Positions 58,115-64,000 of a DNA stretch of 64,000 nt are shown here, one piece after another. The notes beneath the pieces were generated by a model. It had not been told where the DNA came from, ran no database searches, and saw only the letters and a program-made list of their open reading frames with translations. Every line of letters starts with the position of its first letter. The first letter of the stretch is position 1. A program made the position numbers and the translations under genes. Source of the stretch: Flavobacterium sp. (lineage in GTDB: Bacteria; Bacteroidota; Bacteroidia; Flavobacteriales; Flavobacteriaceae); assembly GCA_023259675.1 (NCBI GenBank), contig JALRGT010000005.1:30363-94362 (forward strand), read 5' to 3'.

Positions 58115-59710
58115 TTACTGAAAGTCAATATCTACGGGTAAAGCCCCGTGCAGCTCTAAATTATTTAAAAGTTGTGTACCAGCCGTAATTTGAAATTCTT
58201 CAAAATCTTGATAGGCTTCTACGAGTCCAAAACTTTTTTTGATATTTGGTATAATCGGTAAGGCGTAAGGGTTTCCAAAAACATAAAGGATGCCTTTTTT
58301 GGTCTCCAATAATTTACCTAGAAAAGAGAGTATTGTTGCGTCTAATTCAAAATTATTTAGTGGTTTTGCTTTGGGAACAAAAAGTGCGAGAAGCAAAACA
58401 TCATAGCCTTCAAGTTGCTTTTCCAGTGTTGCTCCATCAAAGTTTTCATTCTCCATTGCAAATTCAGGACTGGATACTTTTGTGTTTAGCGTTTTAAAAA
58501 ATGTATTTTCAGTATTTTTATAAATGCTCAATTTGGCTAACTGACCGCTTTCTTTGGCTTGAAACACCGTTTCTGAAATGGAATTTCCTTTGACCAATGT
58601 AATGCTTTGTTGTGCAATTTTGGTGTTTAATTCTCTTGATTTTTCAAAATCTAAACAATTGATCTCAGATTGATTTTCATTAAAAAGACCTGCTTTTTCT
58701 TTGCATTTCATGATTCTGTTGAAACTGGCTTCAATGCGTTCGGGAGTTGCATTTTTAAGAATTTCCTGAATTCCTTCAGCTACATTTTCGGCAAAACACA
58801 ACACATCATTTCCGGCATTGAAAGCTTCCCATTCCAGTTGGCCTTTTATGGAATATAATTTGGAAACACTGTGCATATTTAAAGCATCCGAAATTACCAA
58901 ACCATCATATCCCAATTGCTTTCGTAAAAGATCTTCAATTACCGATTTGGAAAGTGTGGCTGAAGTGTCTTTTCCTTCGTTCAATGCAGGAACGGCGAGA
59001 TGTCCAATCATAATTGAATCGACTTTGTTTTCAATTCCTTTTATGAATGGATATAATTCGTTTGCCAATAATTCGGCTAAACTTTCTTTTAAAATAGGTA
59101 ATCCTAGATGGGAATCCACATTCGTATTGCCATGACCCGGAAAATGTTTCAAACATCCCAAAACACCAACATCCGACATTCCTCTTAGGTATTCTAAAGC
59201 AAAATGTGCCACTTTTTCTTTGTCTTCCCCAAAAGAACGATACCCAATAACGGGATTATTCTGATTGTTGTTAATGTCAGCCAAAGGAGCTAAATTATAA
59301 TGAATTCCAACCGATTTTAAATCCAAACCAATTTGTTTTCCTACTTCATAAACCAAATTTGATTCACTCACAGGTAGCGCACCAAGCGTAATGGCATAAG
59401 GATATTGCGGTGTTTTTTCGATACGCATGGCTAAACCCCATTCGGCATCAATACTCATCAAAAGGGGAGTGGAAGCACATTTTTGATATCGGACAATCAA
59501 TTCTTTCAGTCGAAGGTAACTATCGTCATTATAGGTTATTTTTTTCTTGCTTTCATAATTCGTCGCCGCACTGGCTCGACTATGAAAAAAAGTAAGTCCT
59601 CCAATATGATGTTCTCTAATTAATTTTTCCGTGGCTTCTATGTTTTCCTCGGTATCATTAATGAAAACAGCCGGAAAAAAAAATTGACCTATTTTTTGTT
59701 CTAATGTCAT
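58115..59710 (-). CDS. nagZ: GH3 beta-N-acetylglucosaminidase (NagZ-like)
   Basis: KHFPGHGNTNVDSH signature, IDAEWG, ISDALNM. Confidence 0.85.
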   Translation of the reverse strand: MTLEQKIGQFFFPAVFINDTEENIEATEKLIREHHIGGLTFFHSRASAATNYESKKKITYNDDSYLRLKELIVRYQKCASTPLLMSIDAEWGLAMRIEKTPQYPYAITLGALPVSESNLVYEVGKQIGLDLKSVGIHYNLAPLADINNNQNNPVIGYRSFGEDKEKVAHFALEYLRGMSDVGVLGCLKHFPGHGNTNVDSHLGLPILKESLAELLANELYPFIKGIENKVDSIMIGHLAVPALNEGKDTSATLSKSVIEDLLRKQLGYDGLVISDALNMHSVSKLYSIKGQLEWEAFNAGNDVLCFAENVAEGIQEILKNATPERIEASFNRIMKCKEKAGLFNENQSEINCLDFEKSRELNTKIAQQSITLVKGNSISETVFQAKESGQLAKLSIYKNTENTFFKTLNTKVSSPEFAMENENFDGATLEKQLEGYDVLLLALFVPKAKPLNNFELDATILSFLGKLLETKKGILYVFGNPYALPIIPNIKKSFGLVEAYQDFEEFQITAGTQLLNNLELHGALPVDIDFQ

Positions 59711-59738
59711 TGATTTTTAGAAAAGTATATCTTGTAAT

Positions 59739-61019
59739 TTAAACTTTTACTTCGTCTGATTTTTTTCCGTAATCGTATGGGAAAATCAGATATCGGGAGA
59801 GGATTAATCCCGGAATGGTTGCCAATAATACCCAAATAAAGAAATTTCCATATCCTAGGTATTCTTGTATAAAACCACTTGCCATACCCGGTAACATCAT
59901 TCCCAATGCCATAAATCCGGTAGCGATGGCATAGTGTGAGGTTTTTGATTCGCCGTCAGCAACATAAATTAAATACATCATAAAAGCGGCAAAACCGAAA
60001 CCATAGCCAAACTGTTCCGCAATAACGGTAGCATAAACATAATAGATTTGCTCCGGTTGGAAATGGGATAATAATACAAATCCGATGATGGGTAAATGCA
60101 TCGCTAAAATCATGGGTAACATCCATTTGCCCAGACCGTCTTTTGAGATAACAATTCCTCCGATAATCCCTCCAATTGTTAGTGCCAAGACTCCAAATGT
60201 TCCATAAATGATTCCAATATCTTGGGTGGTAATTCCCATTCCTCCAATTGCTTTTTCATCGATTAGAAAAGGGGTTAACATCTTTAATAATTGAGATTCT
60301 CCTAATCGGAATAATAAAATAAAAGAGAGTATTAATCCAATTTGTTTCTTTTGAAAAAAACTGGCAAAGACAGCACCAAAACTTTGTTTGGTATCTGATG
60401 CAATCATTTCATTTGTTTTGGCAATTTCGGTTTTTGGAGTAGAGAAATAATTGTAAAGGGTCATTACAATCATTATCAAACCTACAATAATCATGGTATA
60501 CGACCACGCTTTTTGTTTGTCTCCATACAATTGTTCCAGGTATCCTCCAATAATGACAATCAAACCATTTCCGGTAAGCATAGAAAGGCGATAAAAAGTA
60601 CTGCGAATCCCCAGAAAAAAAGATTGTTGTTCTTTTTCTAAAGCTAACATGTAAAAACCATCACTCGCGATATCATTGGATGCTGAAGCAAATGCCGCTA
60701 CCCAAAATACCGCCAGACTAATGATGAAAAAATGATTCATCGGTATCGTCAAGCCCACTACGAGAAAAGCAATTGAAATAATTAATTGCATGGATAAAAA
60801 CCATTTTCTTTTGGTGGAATATAAATCTATTATTGGGCTCCATAAGGGTTTTATAACCCAGGGTAAATACAAAAAACTAGTATAAATACCGATATCTTCA
60901 TTGCTGATTCCAAGGTTTTTGTACATGATTACCGAAACGGAAATGATAATGGCATAAGGCAAGCCCGAGGCAAAGTTTAAAATGGGTATCCAGTACCAGG
61001 GTCTATTGTCTTTCTCCAT
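59739..61019 (-). CDS. AmpG-like MFS muropeptide permease
   Basis: LPWVIKPLWSPIID, SASNDIASDGFY; adjacent to nagZ-like gene. Confidence 0.85.
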   Translation of the reverse strand: MEKDNRPWYWIPILNFASGLPYAIIISVSVIMYKNLGISNEDIGIYTSFLYLPWVIKPLWSPIIDLYSTKRKWFLSMQLIISIAFLVVGLTIPMNHFFIISLAVFWVAAFASASNDIASDGFYMLALEKEQQSFFLGIRSTFYRLSMLTGNGLIVIIGGYLEQLYGDKQKAWSYTMIIVGLIMIVMTLYNYFSTPKTEIAKTNEMIASDTKQSFGAVFASFFQKKQIGLILSFILLFRLGESQLLKMLTPFLIDEKAIGGMGITTQDIGIIYGTFGVLALTIGGIIGGIVISKDGLGKWMLPMILAMHLPIIGFVLLSHFQPEQIYYVYATVIAEQFGYGFGFAAFMMYLIYVADGESKTSHYAIATGFMALGMMLPGMASGFIQEYLGYGNFFIWVLLATIPGLILSRYLIFPYDYGKKSDEVKV

Positions 61020-62580
61020 TATCTAATTTGTTTGGATTGATTTTGTTTTCAGTTGTGTTTTTTAATAAAGTAACGTCGCTCTCATTTCCATATAAATCAA
61101 CAAACGACAAAGCATAAGTACTGTCTTTGTCTAAAAAGTCTTTTTTGATATGGATGGAAATGGAATCTTTTGTTTCTTTGAAAGCAATTTTATCGATTAT
61201 TTGACTGGGATTGTTGGCGTCAATAGTTTCATTGTTTTTGGCACCGTAAACCATAACGTAGCGCATTTTGCTTTTAGAAGGATAATCCAACGTGATTGTA
61301 TGACAATCTGCCGTTTTTGAGGTATTGCAGATCGTTGGAGCTTCAACAATCTTGTTGTTGTTTCTTGGCACGACATACGGTAACGCCGGATATTTGTATT
61401 GTTTTTCTAAAAGTAAATCGGTTACGGCTTTATTCTTGTTCACAAATGATTTGGCACTGAAAAAAGCATTTCCCCCTATGTTTTTATAAGTTCGGGTGAT
61501 ATCAATCTGATTCGGAATTTCGTTTGGATTGAACCATTTTTTATCCGAATCGGTATTGACTTTATAACTCCCATTTCCAATATAAATAGCGGCATTTTTA
61601 GAGTTTTGCGCCCACCACTTCAATAGTTTGGAATAGGATGCCGTCTTGTGGTCCATGCTCCAGTACAATTGCGGAATTAAATAATCAACCCAACTTTGTT
61701 CCATCCATTCTATTGGATCGGCAAATAAATCATCATAATTCGTTTGTCCGGATTGTGTGTCAGAACCTTTTGGATCGACCGATTTATTACGCCAAACACC
61801 AAATGGACTGATTCCGAATTGAACCCAAGGTTTTATCGTTTTTATGGTATATGCGGTGTATTTTACAAAATTATTGACATTAAGACGACGCCAGTCTTCC
61901 AAACTCATACCATTCCCGTATTCCTTGAATGATGTAGTATCATTAAAAGCTTGTCCGGGGATTTTATAAGGATAAAAATAATCATCAAAATGAATGGCAT
62001 CAATATCATAATTGGTAACCACTTCTTCAATCACTTTTATCAAATGCGTTTGCACTTCTGGAAGGGCTGGATTGTAATAGTATTTTTCCCCATATTTAAT
62101 CATCCATTCCGGATGTTTGAAATAATCATGATTGGGACTCAACACAGCAGTGTTCAAATCCATTGTTGCTCGATACGGATTTAACCAAGCGTGAAATTCA
62201 AATCCTCTGTTGTGTGCTTCGGTAATCATCCATTCGAGTGGATCGTAGTATGGGCTAGGAGCCTGTCCTTCTTTTCCTGTCAAATATTTAGACCATGGCG
62301 CATATTTAGAACAGTAAAAAGCATCACCAACACTTCTGATTTGAACAATCACAGCATTGTAATTTAGTTTTTTATACGTTTCTAAAATTTCAATAAAGTC
62401 CGCTTTTTGCTTGTCTACGGAATCTACTTTATCTTTTGGCCAGTCAATATTGACCACCGTAGCAATCCAAACGGCTCTAAATTCATTTTTAGGATAGGTT
62501 GCTTTCTCTTGTGCGTTGGCTTTTGAAAAGGTCAACAGGGCAAATAAAAGCAATATGGTTGTAGAAATTTTGGGACTCAT
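61003..62580 (-). CDS. GHL10-family glycosyl hydrolase (YddW/DigH-like)
   Basis: EFRAVWIATVVNIDWP, HAWLNPYR, IHFDDYFYPY. Confidence 0.9.
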   Translation of the reverse strand: MSPKISTTILLLFALLTFSKANAQEKATYPKNEFRAVWIATVVNIDWPKDKVDSVDKQKADFIEILETYKKLNYNAVIVQIRSVGDAFYCSKYAPWSKYLTGKEGQAPSPYYDPLEWMITEAHNRGFEFHAWLNPYRATMDLNTAVLSPNHDYFKHPEWMIKYGEKYYYNPALPEVQTHLIKVIEEVVTNYDIDAIHFDDYFYPYKIPGQAFNDTTSFKEYGNGMSLEDWRRLNVNNFVKYTAYTIKTIKPWVQFGISPFGVWRNKSVDPKGSDTQSGQTNYDDLFADPIEWMEQSWVDYLIPQLYWSMDHKTASYSKLLKWWAQNSKNAAIYIGNGSYKVNTDSDKKWFNPNEIPNQIDITRTYKNIGGNAFFSAKSFVNKNKAVTDLLLEKQYKYPALPYVVPRNNNKIVEAPTICNTSKTADCHTITLDYPSKSKMRYVMVYGAKNNETIDANNPSQIIDKIAFKETKDSISIHIKKDFLDKDSTYALSFVDLYGNESDVTLLKNTTENKINPNKLDNGERQ

Positions 62581-62858
62581 TTAATGTCTTTTTATTAAAA
62601 TCAAAAATAGTTTTTTTCTTAAGCTTTCTAGAAATATTATATTAATATTTTAGCTTAATTTACATCCGCAATATCTTTGCCAAAATTTTAAAAGTCAATA
62701 TAGAATGGTGTTCTGTCAAAATATTTTTTTTCAATGGTAAATTTGGATTTTTTCTTGACTTAAAATTGAAAATTAAAACCAGTAATATAATTATATTTGT
62801 CGAATAGACTTTTAAAAAAGTTTGTATTAATAATTACAGCTAAATAGTAGAATTTTAT

Positions 62859-64000
62859 ATGTTCCTTTCAAACGATTTATTACAACAACTTTCTGATTCT
62901 ATTGAAGGTACCCTTTTATTTGATAATCTTCATAAAACACTTTATGCCACGGATGCCTCGGCATATAGAATAATTCCTTTGGCAGTTGCCTTGCCCAAAA
63001 CAACCGAAGATATTGTCAAATTAGTTCGTTTTGCCGAAAAACATAAAATTTCTTTGACTCCCAGAACGGCGGGAACTTCGTTGGCAGGCCAGACAATAGG
63101 AGATGGAATTGTGGTGGATGTTTCCAAACATTTTACAAAAATTATCGCTTTCGATGCCGAAAAAAAAACGGTAACGGTACAACCAGGTGTCATCCGAGAC
63201 GAACTGAATTTGTTTTTAAAACCGCATGGCGTGTTTTTTGGCCCTAATACTTCTACGAGCAATCGTTGCATGATAGGAGGAATGGTAGGGAATAATTCTT
63301 CCGGTACCACTTCTATTCGATATGGTGTCACTCGGGATAAAATTGTCGAAATCAAAGCCGTTTTGGCCGATGGATCCCAAGTAAAATTCAATGAAATAAC
63401 TTCGGCTGAGTTTATCGAAAAAACCAAAGGAGATGCTTTAGAAAATAAAATTTATAAAAGCATTTATGAGGAACTTTCGGTTAAAGAGCATCAGGAAGAA
63501 ATTTTGGCTCAGTTTCCCAAACCGGAAATCCATAGAAGAAATACGGGGTATGCGATTGATATTTTATTGAAATCAGATTTGTTTTCCGGAATGGAACCTA
63601 CCATAAATGTGGGTAAATTACTTTGCGGTAGTGAAGGAACACTGGCATTTACAACCGAAGTTACTTTGAAAGTGGATGATTTACCGCCGACGAATAATGT
63701 GATGGTAGTAGCGCATTTTAATACCATTCAAGAAAGTCTGGAAGCCGTGGTGACTGCCATGAAGCATCATTTGTATACCTGTGAAATGATGGATGACACC
63801 ATTTTGAATTGTACCAAAACCAATCGGGAACAAGCCAAAAACAGGTTTTTTATTCAAGGAGATCCCAAAGCGGTGATTATGTTGGAGGTAGCTTCCTATA
63901 TTAGTATGGAAGATGCCGAAGCGCAAGCGGATGCCTTGATTGCCGATTTAGAAAAAAACAACTTCGGTTATGCGTTGCCTAAGATATATGGAACCGATAT
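62859..64000 (+). CDS. FAD-binding oxidoreductase (FAD-linked oxidase / Fe-S type), 5' part (runs off right edge; missing from ORF track)
   Basis: Manual translation MFLSNDLLQQLSDSIEG...LYATDASAYR...PRTAGTSLAGQ...IGGMVGNNSSG...GSEGTLAF. Confidence 0.92.
   Translation, partial: MFLSNDLLQQLSDSIEGTLLFDNLHKTLYATDASAYRIIPLAVALPKTTEDIVKLVRFAEKHKISLTPRTAGTSLAGQTIGDGIVVDVSKHFTKIIAFDAEKKTVTVQPGVIRDELNLFLKPHGVFFGPNTSTSNRCMIGGMVGNNSSGTTSIRYGVTRDKIVEIKAVLADGSQVKFNEITSAEFIEKTKGDALENKIYKSIYEELSVKEHQEEILAQFPKPEIHRRNTGYAIDILLKSDLFSGMEPTINVGKLLCGSEGTLAFTTEVTLKVDDLPPTNNVMVVAHFNTIQESLEAVVTAMKHHLYTCEMMDDTILNCTKTNREQAKNRFFIQGDPKAVIMLEVASYISMEDAEAQADALIADLEKNNFGYALPKIYGTD

Noticed and set aside
58115-62580. GH3 + MFS + GHL10 as another polysaccharide locus
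   Set aside because: Motifs fit NagZ/AmpG/DigH-type peptidoglycan turnover; no SusCD or regulator

Overview
AT-rich Bacteroidota DNA, most consistent with Flavobacterium (TAnnTTTG -7 promoters, SusC/SusD pairs, hybrid two-component system). Three blocks. (1) 1-24.6 kb, all minus strand: a PUL-like locus with no recognisable CAZyme: HTCS, susC/susD, three FG-GAP/VCBS + ASPIC/UnbV lipoproteins, a 178-aa protein ending in PPP, a secreted vanadium-haloperoxidase/PAP2-family enzyme, a putative beta-barrel, a DoxX/RclC-like membrane protein and a second susC running off the left edge. This is the best candidate for an undescribed system. (2) 25-47 kb: a xylan-debranching cluster (GPH symporter, GH8, GH9, GH3, nine esterase domains in eight genes). 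Its own susCD appears deleted to a short scar between an intact promoter and terminator, and it ends in a decayed second GH8 fused head-on to a truncated tyrosine integrase. An ISL3/ISAon1-type IS and tRNA-Ser(TGA) follow, marking a probable island boundary. (3) 49.7-64 kb: housekeeping genes (ribB fusion, LptF/G, LolA, ftsK, dgkA, tpx, peroxiredoxin/thioredoxin, nagZ/AmpG/GHL10, FAD oxidoreductase). All family calls come from motif recognition by eye; no searches were run.
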